A DNA stretch of 64,000 nucleotides, taken from the human T2T-CHM13v2.0 reference genome, Homo sapiens. The stretch lies in NCBI RefSeq assembly GCF_009914755.1, contig NC_060929.1. One strand, given 5' to 3'. Shown here in pieces: positions 43,340 to 56,111 of the stretch. Each line of letters starts with the position of its first letter. The stretch's first letter is position 1. Both the position numbers and the translations under genes were made by a program. Under the pieces are notes generated by a model. That model searched no databases, was not told the origin of the DNA, and saw only the letters and a list, made by a program, of their open reading frames with translations.

Positions 43340-44150
43340 TCTGTGGGTCAGGAAAAGCTTTCTAAATGTGGTGACATTTGAACCGAGAGGTAAAGGGAGT
43401 GAGGGAGTCACGTGGTTCTTTAGGGTAAGAGTGTCCCAGGCAGACGAATGAACCAGAGCAGCATGTACTTGGTGTGTTCCAAGTGAGCAGACCATGGTGG
43501 CCAGACTGGAAGGGGAAGAAGGGGAGAGTGGCTGCAGGTGAGATCAGATATATGGAAGGGGGCAGATCATGTAGGGTCTTGGGTTTTACCCTGGGTAAGA
43601 TGGGAAATCACTGAAGGATTTTCATCAGAGGAGACCCGTGACAATATGTTTTTAAAACATCACTCTGACTAGCTTGTGGAGAAGAGACTGGGAGAGCAAG
43701 AGAAGAACGAAGTGGGAAACTATTGCATGCATCTAGGAGAGTGATAGGCAGTTTGGACGAGGATAATGGGCCTGAGGTAGAGTGGTCAGATTCTGAACAC
43801 ATTGTGAAGGAATTGCTGACATTTGAGGATGGATTGGATTTGAGCTGTGAGGGAAGATGGGAGTAAAAATGAGACCTAGGCTTTTGACCTAAGAAACTGA
43901 AAGATTAAAGTGGACATTTACCAAGAGAGAAGAGAATGAGGGAAGAGCAGGTTTGGAGAGGAAAGTCAAGGGTCTGGTTGTTTTGCCAAGTTAGATCTGC
44001 CTTTTATAAGTCTAACTGGAATGTCCAGCAGGCAACTGCACATGGAGTGTACAGTTCAGAAGAGAGGCTGGGGTTGCCTACACAGAGGTGGTATTTTAAG
44101 TCATAAGACAAGATATGAGGGCAGACAGAGAAGAGGGCCCAGGACCAAGC
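43340..44150 (-). mobile_element. L2 fragment
   Basis: ggcagatcatgtagggtctt, tttaaaacatcactctg, gtggtcagattctg, ggaagagcaggtttgg. Confidence 0.85.
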
Positions 44151-44769
44151 TCAAGTTCAAAAACTGTGTTGCCCTTTCCATACATCACATTTGCCTTTAA
44201 CTTAGACGTTCTGCAGATAGTGCCTCTTATTCTCCTTCAACAATCAGCTGAAGGACGATTTACTGCTAGAATGTCAATGAGCCTCACCTTCCTATTCAGG
44301 GAAGCAGCACTTCCTTTTCAGGCTTTTCACCCTTAGCAAGCAGCCAGTGGCCTTTCACAGAAGCAGAAGGAGTTGTGAAGGAGTGAAAGAAACCACCCTG
44401 AATGTGGGGGTGCTGGGAATGCAAGGAGAGAGAACAGGAGTACTGCCATTGTCAGAAGGTACATAAAAGAGAGAGATGCCACCTCATGGGCCCCTCCCAG
44501 ACATCGCTCATGAAGCCATCCCAAAACAGAATGGGCAAGGAGAGAAGCGGGCAAACCAAGTGGACAGCTGAGCAAGATTTTGAAGAATGGCACATCCAGA
44601 TGAGGGTGGGACTCTGACCACAGTCCTGAGTTGCAGTGATTATGTCCTTCAGGCTATAAGGAACGATGACTGGCTATGAGTAGAATGCAGGGCTGGGAGT
44701 CACAGACATTGTGGGATTGAATCATTTTTGTGGCCAAGGACAGAGTGATGACAGCAGGTCCTACCATTC

Positions 44770-44880
44770 AGCTGAAGCAGGAGCTTGGCACTGGGAAACC
44801 TCTTGCAGATTATCTGACTTCTCTGAGACTCAGTTTTCTCTCCACCATGAATTGAGACTGGTGAACTAGACCACCTTTAC
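44770..44880 (+). mobile_element. MIR fragment
   Basis: acttctctgagactcagttttctc. Confidence 0.55.
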
Positions 44881-45307
44881 AGGGAAAGTTTTTCAGAAAT
44901 AACTTATGGAGAATTATTTTACAAGTAAAAATAGCAAGCACCACCACATTAAGTTTTAGACAGTTAAAAATAGGTAAACTCCCATTGTGTTGAACTCAGG
45001 GAACTTGCCAATTATTTTAATGAAGTAAAATGGTTCTAAAATTAACACATTGTTAGAAACCAGGTTCCAAGATGAGGAATCTGGAAAAGAAAGAATGCCA
45101 GCATCCGGCTTCTGCTTAATAAATCCATGAGCTAAGGGAACTCAGCCCAGCAGGAGGAAAGAAAGGTCACAGATGCACAAGTACCTATATTCCCCCTTAC
45201 CCTCCTTAGGTGCGGGACTTTTACGATACGTGGGGTTTTTTAATCAATTATTTGGAACATGAGATGGCACCAAATTAGATGGCTATCTCTTCCAGGTGAA
45301 AAAATAA

Positions 45308-45532
<225 letters not shown>

Positions 45533-45699
45533 TGAGCTATCTTCTCCAACCCACAATGCAGGAAACATACAATCATTTCTTTTACTATTGGAGTGGCTAC
45601 AATATAGACAGACATTCCATCTGATTGTTATTGCCCTTAACTGGCTGAAGCCAGACCAACAAAGACTTGTTTGCAGAGTATAACACAATGACCATGAGC

Positions 45700-45900
45700 A
45701 ATAATTTTGGAATCAGACAGAGATATGGGTCTATATCCCAGCTCTATAAATTTTCAGCTATGTGACCTTGGGCAAGTTACTTTGCCTCTCCCATGTGTTG
45801 GCTTTCTGTTCTGTAAATTGGAAATTAATCACCATCTCATAGGGCTATAAGGGCTGAGTAAGTGTACATCACTTAGCACATTCCTAAATGTGGCTATTAA
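45700..45900 (+). mobile_element. MIR
   Basis: tcccagctct...gctatgtgaccttgggcaagttact...tctgtaaattgg. Confidence 0.85.
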
Positions 45901-46608
45901 CCATCAATACTCATATAATGGATTATTTAGAACATGGACTTGACTTTATTGTCTAGAAAGTTCTCCTATAACAGTATTTCTTGTGATGAGATTTAAATGA
46001 AAAGGACAAGCAAGTTCTCTGCTAAGTTCTCTGCTAAGTTCTGTTCTCTAACAGGCTTTTATAAAAGGAAAGAAGGATACAGAACTAGAGCAAGCTGATT
46101 TTAGTAGCATTAACCTAGTGCTTGGCAAGATAACATACAAATGAACTGAGGTTTATAAGGGAAAAGTGACAAAGACAACAGAAAAATAATGTTTAAAATT
46201 CTCTCTTCGAGAGAAAGAAGTACATGAGATTAATGAAGTACTCCAAGACACTATTAATATTCTAATTAAAGCTTACAACTTGAAATTTTCAAAGATAGAA
46301 TGATATAAAAGTACAAACAACAAGAATTGGAAAAAATGGTTCAGTGGCAGAAGTTGGACACATTTGTCCTGAAAATCCTGGAGAATAGTGAGGCTCTTCC
46401 AGCCTAGAAAGGCCTGACAGCGCCTGTTTCTTATTCACATTCCAGCAAAGAAGGTCTGCTGGCTGCTGGGGAGGGGCTTGCATGGCAGGCAAAGGCTCAA
46501 TGCACTATGATGCATGCAGCTAAGATATGAGGATTTTTTGGTCAGTGTGTGGCAAAATCATTATAGTGGGGAATCCATTCACTATTTTGTTATGAATTAT
46601 GTGTTAAT

Positions 46609-46725
46609 TAGGTTTGCCAGATTTAGCAAAAAAATACATAGGACAACCAGCTAAATTTGAATTTCAGATAAGCAGGGAAATAACTTTTAGTTTAAGTATG
46701 TCCCGTGCAATATTTGGCAATCCTA
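46609..46725. mobile_element. MER53-like hAT MITE
   Basis: TIRs taggtttgcca / tggcaatccta; taaatttgaatttcagataa core. Confidence 0.75.
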
Positions 46726-46943
46726 ACTTTGGGCTATCAATAATTTGTCACTTCAGCAAGGCCTGAATTTAGGAAGGAAGTGATTCTATTCAACTTTTGC
46801 AAAGAGCACAGGGTCTATTTGACAGTTTTTTTCCCCTTGCTTATTCATCATTGATCATTCCTATTAATCTAATCCAGTGGTTTTTAAACACACACACATA
46901 AAAAAACTCTTCAGAAAACAAATTCTCAGGTAGAATCCTAATA

Positions 46944-49912
46944 CAGTTGACCCTTGAATAACATGGGTTTAAATTTCTTGGGTCCACTTATAGGCAGATT
47001 TTTTTCAATAAATATATTGGAAAATTTTTTGGAGATTTGTGACAATTTGGAAAAACTCACACATGAACCACATAGCCTAGAAATATCAAAAAAATTAAGA
47101 AAAAGTCATGTCGTGAATGCATAAAATATATCCATATACTAGCCTATTTTATCATTTACTACCATATGATATACACAAATCTATTATAAAAAGCTAAAAT
47201 TTATCAAAACTTATACATGAAAACACCATATATGGTGCCATTAGCAGTCAAGAGAAATGTAAGCCAATGTAAAAATGAAGGAATAAATCATAAACTGCAT
47301 AAAATTAGCTATAATACATACTGTACTACTGTAATAATTTGGTAGCCACCTTCATTGCTGTTGCAGTGAGCTCAAGTGTTGCAAAATGTCTGCTTAAAAT
47401 GCTGTGTGATGCTAATGATCTCCATATGAGCAGTTCCTCTCTCTAGTAAATTGCGTATCACAGTAAAAAGTGATCTCTTGCAGTTCTCACATATTTTTCA
47501 TCAAGTTTGGTGCAATACCGTAAACCTTGAATAACACCATGGGACCCATTTGAAGTGCTGCTAGGGATGCTGGAAGTGCTCCCAGGAAGCAGAGAAAAGT
47601 CATGACATTACAAGAAAAAGTTGAATTGCTTGATATGTTCCATAGATTGAGGTCTGCAGCTGTGGCTGCCCACCATTTCAAGATAAATGAATCCAGCTTA
47701 AGGACCACTATTAAAAAAAAAAAAAATGTGAAATAAAATAAAATAAAAAGGAAATTCATGAAATTGTCACTGCAGCTACACCATCAGGTGCAAAAACCTT
47801 ACACTTTTTTTTATTATTTAAGTTCTAGGGTACATGTGCACAATGTGCAGGTTTGTTACACAGGTATACATGTGCCATGTTGGTTTGCTGCACCCATTAA
47901 CTCATCATTTACATTAGGTATATCTCCTAATGCTATCCCTCCCCACTCCCCCCACCCCACAACAAGTCCCAGTGTGTGATGTTCCCCACACTGTGTCCAA
48001 GTGTTCTCATTGTTCAATTCCCACCTATGAATGAGAACATGCAGTTTTTAAACCTCATACTTTTTGTGAAATATCTTTTATCTCAGATTGAAAATGTGGG
48101 TGTAAGATCGCTATAAGAAAGGCATGCCTATAGATTCTAATACAATTCAAGAAAAAGAAAAAAGGTAATTATGTGACAACTTAAAGCAAAAGGGAGGTGA
48201 AGGATCTAAAGTTGCAGAATTTAATGCCAGCAAAGGACGGTTTGATAATTTTAGAAAGAGGTTTGGCTTTTAAATTGTCAGGATAACAGGAGAAGCAGCT
48301 TCTGCTGACCAAGAGACAGCAGACACAATTAGTTCTGAGTTCAAGAGTTCCCAGACACCATTAAGAAAATAATTGAGGAGAAAGGGTATCTGGCTGAACA
48401 GATATTTAATGCAGATGAAAGTGCCCTATTCTGGGAGGGAAAATACCACAAAGGACATTTATTAGTAAGGAATAAAAGTAAGCACCAGGATTAAGGCAGA
48501 AAGGGATAGGTTAACTCTATTATTTCATGCAAATGCAGTTGGGTTTGTGATCAGGACTGACATTATCTATAAAGCCACTAACCTCTGAGCTTTGAAGAGA
48601 AAAGATAAACACCAGCTGCTAGTCTTTTGGTTTACAACAAGAAGGCTGGACAATGAAAACTCCTTTTCTGGATTGGTTCCATCGATGACTTTGACTCTGA
48701 AATCAGGAATTACCTTGCCAATAAAGGACGGCCTTTTAGTGTTCTTTTGATGTTGGACAATGCCCCTGGCCACTCAGAACCCCATGAGTTCAACACCAAA
48801 GACTCAAAGTGGTCTATTTTTCTCCAAACAGAAGGTCTCTAATTCAACCTCTATATCAGGAGGTTAAGGACTTTTAAAGCTCACGACACACAGCATTCTG
48901 TGGAAAGGATTGTCAACACCATGGAAGAGAACCCCAGTAGAGAGAACATCATGAAAGTCTTGAAGGATTACACCATTGAAGATGATATCATTGTTATAGA
49001 AAAGGCAATGAAAGCCATCCAACCCAAGACAATAAATTCCCGCTGAAGAAACTGTGTCCAAATGTTGTGCATGACTTCTCAGAATTAATGACAGAACCAA
49101 TCAAGGAAATCATGAAGAGATTGTGGATATGGAAAAAATAGGTAGGGGTGAAGGGTTTCAAGATAGAGATCTTGGAGAAATTCAAGAGCTAAAGACATCA
49201 CATCCGAGGAATTTACAGAAGGCAACTTGATGGAGATGAGTGTTTCCAAACCAGTGCCAGGGATTGAGGAAGATGTAGAAGAGGCAGTGCCAGGAAACAA
49301 ATTGACATTAGACAATCTGGCAGAAGGGCTCCAATTATTCGAGACTGCTTTTGACTTATTTTACAACATGGACCTTTCTATGATATAAGCACTGAAACTA
49401 AAGCAAAAGGTGGATGAATGATTAGTACCATATAGAAACATTTTTAAATAAATGAAAAAGTAAGAAAGTCAGACAGAAATTATAATGTATTTCCATAAAG
49501 TTATACCAAGTGTGCCTGCCTCCACCTCTTCCACATCTTCCACCTCTGCCATCCCTGAGACAGCAAGACCAATCCCTTCTTCCTCTTCCTCCTCCTCAGC
49601 CTACTCAAGGTGAAGACAATAATAAAGACCTTATGATGATTGACTTATACTTAATAAATAGTAAATACATTTTCTCTTGCTTATAATTTTCTTAATGATT
49701 TTTTATCTAGCTTACTTTACTGTAAGAATACAGTATATAATAAATATGACATACAAAATATGTGTTAATCAACCATTCATGTTATCAGTAAGGCTCCCAT
49801 CAACAGAAGGCTATTAGTAGTTAAGTTTTGGAGGAGTCACAAGATATACATAGATTTGTGATGGTGTAGAGGATTGGTACTCTTAATCTCCATATTGTTC
49901 AAGAGTCAACTA
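46944..49912 (+). mobile_element. Full-length Tigger2 with a dead pogo-like transposase
   Basis: TA|cagttgacccttgaa...ttcaagagtcaacta|TA; ~2.72 kb after removing the L1 insert; HTH (MTLQEKVELLDM) and DDE remnants with stops. Confidence 0.92.
47805..48049 (-). mobile_element. L1PA (about PA4-PA7) 3' end inserted in Tigger2
   Basis: ttaagttctagggtacatgtgcacaatgtgcagg...; TSD aaaccttacactttt / aaacctcatactttt. Confidence 0.93.
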
Positions 49913-50928
49913 TATATAATAGAATTGTATTGCAGTTCAGAGATATTATGACTCAGTTTTAGACCACTATAATAAAGTGAATATTGCAATAAAGCAAGTC
50001 ACACTAATTTTTTTGTTTTCCCAGTGCAAATGAAAGTTTTGCTTATACTGTACTGTAGCCTATTAAGTGTGCAATAGCATGTCTAAAAAAATGCACGCAC
50101 CTTAATTTAAAATTTTTTTATCACTAAAAAATACTAATGATCATCTGAAGCTTCAGTAAGTTGTAATCTTTTTGCTGATGGAGGGCCTAGCCTCGATGTT
50201 GAAAGCTGCTGACTAATCAAGGTGGTGGTTGCTGAAGGTTGATGTGACTGTGGCCATTTTTTTTAACTTTTATTTTAGGTTCAGGGGTACATGTGTAGAT
50301 TTGTTATATGGGTAAACTCATTTCAAGAGGGGGTTGTTGTACAGATTATTTCATCACCCAGGTACTAAGACCAGTACCCATTAGTTATTTTTCCTGATCT
50401 TCTCCCTCCTCCCACCATCAACTCTACAGTAGGCCCCTATGTCTGTTGTTCCTCTCTTTGTGTCCATGTGTTCTCATTATTTAGCTCCCACTTATGAGAA
50501 AGAACATGTGATATTTGGTTTTCTGTTCCTGCATTAGTTTGCTAAGGATAATAGCCTCCTGCTCCATCCATGTTTCCACAAAGAACATGATCTAATTCTT
50601 TTTTACGACTGCACAATATTCTATGGTGTATATGTATCACATTTTATTTATCCAACCTGCCATTGATGGGCATTTAGGTTTAATTCCATGTCTTTGTGAT
50701 TGTGAATAGTGCTGCAATGAACACATGCATGCATGTGTCTTTATGTTAGAACGACTTATATTCCTTTGGGTATAAACCCAATTATGGGATTGCTAGGTCA
50801 AATAGTAATTCTGTCTTTAGGTCTTTGAGGAATCGCCACACTCCTTCCCACAATGGTTGAACTAATTTACACTCTCACCAACAGTGTATAAGCATTCTCT
50901 TTTCTCTGCAACCTTGCCAGTATCTAGT

Positions 50929-50966
50929 TTGTGTGTGTGTATGTGTGTGTGCGTGTGTGTGTGTGT
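50929..50966. repeat. (TG)n microsatellite
   Basis: Seen directly. Confidence 0.95.
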
Positions 50967-51282
50967 CTTTTTCATTATAGCAATCCTGACTGGTGTGAGA
51001 TGGTATCTCATTGTGGTTTTGATTTGCATTTCTCTAATGATCAGTTATATTGAGCTTTTTTTCATATGACTGTTGGCCATGTGTATGTCTTCCTTTGAAA
51101 AGTGTCTGTTCATGTCCTTTGCCCACTTTTTAATGGAGTTGTTTTCTGCTTGTAAATTTCTACAAATTCCTTACAGATGCTGGATATTAGACCTTTTTCA
51201 GATGCATATTTTGCAAATATTGTCTCCCATTCTGTAGGTTGGAATGTGCACCTCTAAGAGATAAGGTGAATTCAAATGGTAC

Positions 51283-51461
51283 CTGCATATTTCTGTCATC
51301 TTGTCCAATCATGTTTCTCCATTCCATGAGTGATCACAGCAGACGTTCAAGTTCAGTTTCCCAAAGCCTGATGTGACCTCCCATATCAACAGTAACAACA
51401 CCGCTTTTGTCCCACTCAGCTAGCAGTGCATCTGTGTCTGAAATGGTAGACAGCCATGTGG
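51283..51461 (-). pseudogene. VWA8: Pseudogenised fragment of a VWA8 (KIAA0564) coding segment inserted in L1
   Basis: Minus-strand translation TWLSTISDTDALLAEWDKSGVVTVDMGGHIRLWETELERLL*SLMEWRNMIGQDDRNMQ matches the VWA8 segment I recall (...WETGLERLQRSLMEW...); in-frame TGA at 51334-51336; symbol is the parent gene. Confidence 0.85.
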
Positions 51462-52880
51462 CTGTCTGCTCTTACCTGTGTCACCGCATAGGAAGGTTAT
51501 GAAGATATGCTATGAGCAAAAGTTCTTCAACAAACATGCCCACTGTTGATAGTTTCTTTTGCTGTGCAGAAGCTCTTAAGTCTAACTATACCCCATTTGT
51601 CAATTTTTGCTTTTGTTGCAATTGCTTTCGGTGTCTTCATCATAAAGTCTTTGCCAGTTCCTTTGTCCAGAATGGTATTGCCTAGGTTGTCCTCCAGGGT
51701 TTTTATAGTTTTAGATTTTACATTTAAGACTTTATTCCATCTTCAGTCGATTTTTTATATGGTGTAAGGAAGGAGTCCAATTTCAATCTTTTGCATACAG
51801 CTTGCCAGTTATCCCAGCACCATTTATTGAATAGTGAGTCCTTTCCCCATTGCTTGTTTTTGTCAGCTTTGTTAAAGATCAGATGGTTCTGTCGTATGGC
51901 CTTACTTCTGAGTTCTCTATTCTGTTCCATTGGCCTGTGTGTCTGTTTTTGTGCCAGTACCATGTTGTTTTCATTACTGTGTCCTGTAGTGTAGTTTGAA
52001 GTCAGGTAGTGTGATGCCTCCAGCTTTGTTCTTTTTTGCTTAGGATTGCCTTGGCTGTTCGGGCTCTTTTTTGGTTCCATGTAAATTTTAAATTTTTTTT
52101 TCTTGTTATGTGAAGAATGTCATTAGTAGTTTGACAGGAATAGCATTGAATCTGTAAAATGTTTTGGGCAGTGTATGGCCATATTAACAATACTGATTCT
52201 TCCTATCCATGAACATGAGATGTTTTTCCATTTGTTTATGCCATCTCTGATTTGAGCGGTGTTTTGTAATTCTCCTTGTAGAGATCTTTCACTTCCCTGG
52301 TTATCTGTATTCCTAGATATTTTATTCTTTTTGTGGCACTTGTGAATGGGATCGTGTGGATTGTGTTCCTGATTTGGGTCTCGGCTTGGCTGCTGTTGCT
52401 GTATAGGAATGCTAGTGATTTTTGTACATCGATTTTGTATCCTGAAACTTTGCTGAAGTAGTTTATCCGTTTAAGGAGCTATAGACCAGGACTATCAGTT
52501 TTTCTAGATATATAATCATGTTGTCTGCAAACAGGGATAGATTGACTTCCTCTCTTCCTATTTGTATGCCCTTTATTTCTTTCTCTTGCCTGATTGCTCT
52601 GGCTAGGACTTCTAATACTATGCTGAATCAGAGTGGTGAGAGAGGGCATCCTTGTCTTGTGCTGGTTTTCAAGGGGAATTTTTCTAGCTTTTGACCATTC
52701 AGTATGATGTTGGCTGTGGATGTGTCACAGATGGCTCTTATTATATTGAGGTATGTTCTTTCAATACCTAGTACATTGAGAGTTTTTAACATGAAGGGAC
52801 ATTGAATTTTATCAAAAGCCTTTTCTGCATCTTTTGAGATAATCATGTGATTTCTGGCTTTAGTTATGTTTAGGTGATCA

Positions 52881-52979
<99 letters not shown>

Positions 52980-55900
52980 TCAGTTTGCAAGTATTTTGTT
53001 GAGGATTTTTGTATAAATGTTCAATGAGGATATTGACCTGAGGTTTTCTTTTTTTTGTTATGCCTCTGACTGTGGCAATTTCTTAAAACAAGAAATAAAG
53101 TTTGCAGTATCTATTGGCTCTTCTAATATAAAAAATTTATCTGTAGTATGCGATGTTATTTGATAGCATTTTACCCACAGTAGAACTTCTTTCAAAATTG
53201 AAGTCAATGCTCTCAAACCCTGCTGCTTCTTTGTCAACTAGTTTTATGTAATATTCTAAATCCTTTGTTGTCATTTCAACAATGTTCACAGCATCTTCAC
53301 TGGAAGTAGATTCCATCTTAAGAAACTACTTTCTTTGCTCATTCATAAAAAGCAACCTCTCATTCATTCAAGTTGGATCATAAGATTGCAGGAATTCAGT
53401 CACATCTTCAGTCTTCATTTCTATTCTGGTTCTCTTGCTATTTCTACCACATCTGCGTTACTTCCTCCACTGAAGCCTTGAACCCCTCCAAGTCACCCAT
53501 GAGGGTGGGAATCAACTTCTTCCAACCTCCTGTTAATGTTGGTATTTTGACCTCCTCCCATGAATCACAAATGTTCTTAATGGTATTTATAATGCTGAAT
53601 CCTTTCCAGAAGGTTTTTCAATTTACTTTGCCAAGATCCAGCAGAGAAATCACTCTCTGTGGCAGCTATAGCCTTATGAAATGTATTTCCCAAATAATAA
53701 GACTTGAAAGTTGAAATTGCTCCTTGATCCATGGGCTACTGAATGGATGTTGTGTTAGCAGGCATGAAAACAATATTGACCTCCTTGTACATTTCCATCA
53801 GAACTCTTGGGTGACCAGGTGCATTGTCAATGACTGGTAATATTTTGAAAGGAATCTTTTTCTCTGAGCAATAGGCCTCAACAGTAGGCTTAAGATAGTC
53901 AGTGAACCACGCTATAAACAAATTTGCTGTCATCCAGTCTTTGTTCTTTCACTTATAGAGCACAGGCAGCATGAATGTAGCATAATTATTAAGGGCCCTA
54001 AGATTTTCAGAATAGATGAGCTTCAACTTAAAGCCACCAGCTGCATTAGCCCCTAACAAGAGTCAGCCTGTCCTTTTAAGTCTTGAAACAAGACTTCTCT
54101 CTAGCTATAAAAGTCCTACATGTCATCTTACTCCAATATAAAGCTATTTCATCTACATCGAAAGTCTGTTGTTTAGTAGAGCTCCCTTCATCAATGATCT
54201 TAACTAGATTTTCTAGATAACTTGCTGCAGCTTCTCCATCAGCACTTGCTGTTTCCCCGTGCATTTTTATGTTGTAGAGACAGTTTCTTTCCTTAAACCT
54301 CATGAACCAATTTCTGCTACATTCCAACTTTTCTTCTGTAGGTTCCTTATCTCTCTCAGCCTCCAAAGAATTGAAGAGAGTTAGGCCCTTGCCCTAGATT
54401 AGGCTTTGGTTTAGGAGAATGTTATGGCTGGTTTGATCTTCTATCTAGACCACTAAAACTTTCTCCGTATCAGCAATAAGGCTCTTTTTGCTTTCTTATC
54501 ATTCATGTGTTCACAGGAGAAGCTCTTTTAATTTTCCTCAACAATTTTTCCTTTGCATTCAGCATTTGGCTATTTGGCACAAGAGGCCTAGCTTTCAGCT
54601 TCTCTCAGCTGTTGACATGCCTTCTTCACTAAGCTTAATCATTTCTAGTTTTTGAATTAAAATGAGATGCGAGAGTTTTCCTTTCACTTGAACATGTAGA
54701 GGTCACTGTAGGGTTATTAACTATACTAATTTTAATATTGGTGTATCTCAAGGAATAAGGAGGCTTGAGGAGAGGGATGGAGATGGAGGAATAGCCAGTT
54801 GGTGGAGCAGTCAGAACATTCACACCAGTTATAGACTAAGTTTGCTATCTTACATGGACATGGTTCATAGTGCCCCAAAACAATTACAATAGTAACACCA
54901 AATATCACCAATTACAGACCGCCATAACAGATATTATAATAATAATGAAAAGTTTGAAATGTTGCAAGAATTACCAAAATGTGACACAGACACAGAGTGA
55001 GCACATGCTTTTGAAAAAATGGCCCTAATGGACTTGTTCAATGCAGTGTTGCCACAAATCTTCAATTTGGAAAAAACACAATATCTATAAGATGCAATAA
55101 AGTTAAATGGAATAAAATGAGGTATGCCTCATTTTAGATTTTTTTTTCTCAAAGGAGAGGAAGGTCCTCTGGTTGAATGGGGAAGTTAGGGTAAGATGGA
55201 AGAGGATGGAGAGTCTAGACCTCTGCCCACTTGCTTTATCCATCATCTTTGCCCTCGATAGTACCCCCAAAGGATCTTCTTGGAACAAAGGGACTCTACA
55301 GAGGAGACATGAAACATCAATCATTTGATCCCTCTCTTTGCCCATGTCAGGCTTTTTGTCACAGCCGACAGTATCATCCAATTCCCATTAAAGAAACACT
55401 GGAATTCTATTTGACTCATTTCAATCCTTCCTTTACCACAATCAATCTGTTACTGCAGCATGCTGTTTTTTATTTTACAACTGTACTTCTGTGATATAAA
55501 ATAACCCACTAAAAACAGACAAAGTCACCCCAACAACTCATCTATATAAGAAGAATAATCCAAGAATTGAAATAAATTTCTAGATGCTTTGACTAAATTT
55601 TCCAGTTATCATCTAGACATCACTATCATATAGATATAGCCAGCACTCTTCCATGTCAGCCCTTCCTCTCCAGGTTGGTTCAGAAGAATGTTCTCAGCAT
55701 CGGGAACAAGAACCACTGCTGTGACTCATAAGCCTTCTCCTTGCCCCACTACTATGACTATCTGTAAGGGTACACAGCACCACCTGTAGCCATACCTCCA
55801 TTTGGTATGTGAGGAGTGTCCTTGGATAGACTTTTCATATTAATTTAAATTCTCATAATTCTTGCCCACCAGTGGATATCTTTGACACACTTCCTGTCTT

Positions 55901-56111
55901 CTATCTGGGAGTAATGACTTACTATGATTTTGCCCCCAACCATTTTCCATGAAAGACCCTTTATTTTGGAAAAGTCACCACAGAGAAATTCCCAGAGCAC
56001 ATGGAGGACATCATTGATGAGCTAAAAAAAAAAAACAACTCTAGACCAATGCTGACAAAAGCTGTCTTTCACCCATAAACATAATCCTGACAGGTCTTCT
56101 CGTCAAAAGTT

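Noticed and set aside
51283-51461. A functional VWA8 exon, with the window lying inside VWA8
   Set aside because: In-frame stop, missing 5' part of the segment, embedded in a primate L1, and no other VWA8 exon recognised in 64 kb.
53736-54366. Transposase ORFs as a domesticated TIGD-like gene
   Set aside because: Broken by stops and frameshifts inside an ordinary Tigger1 copy.
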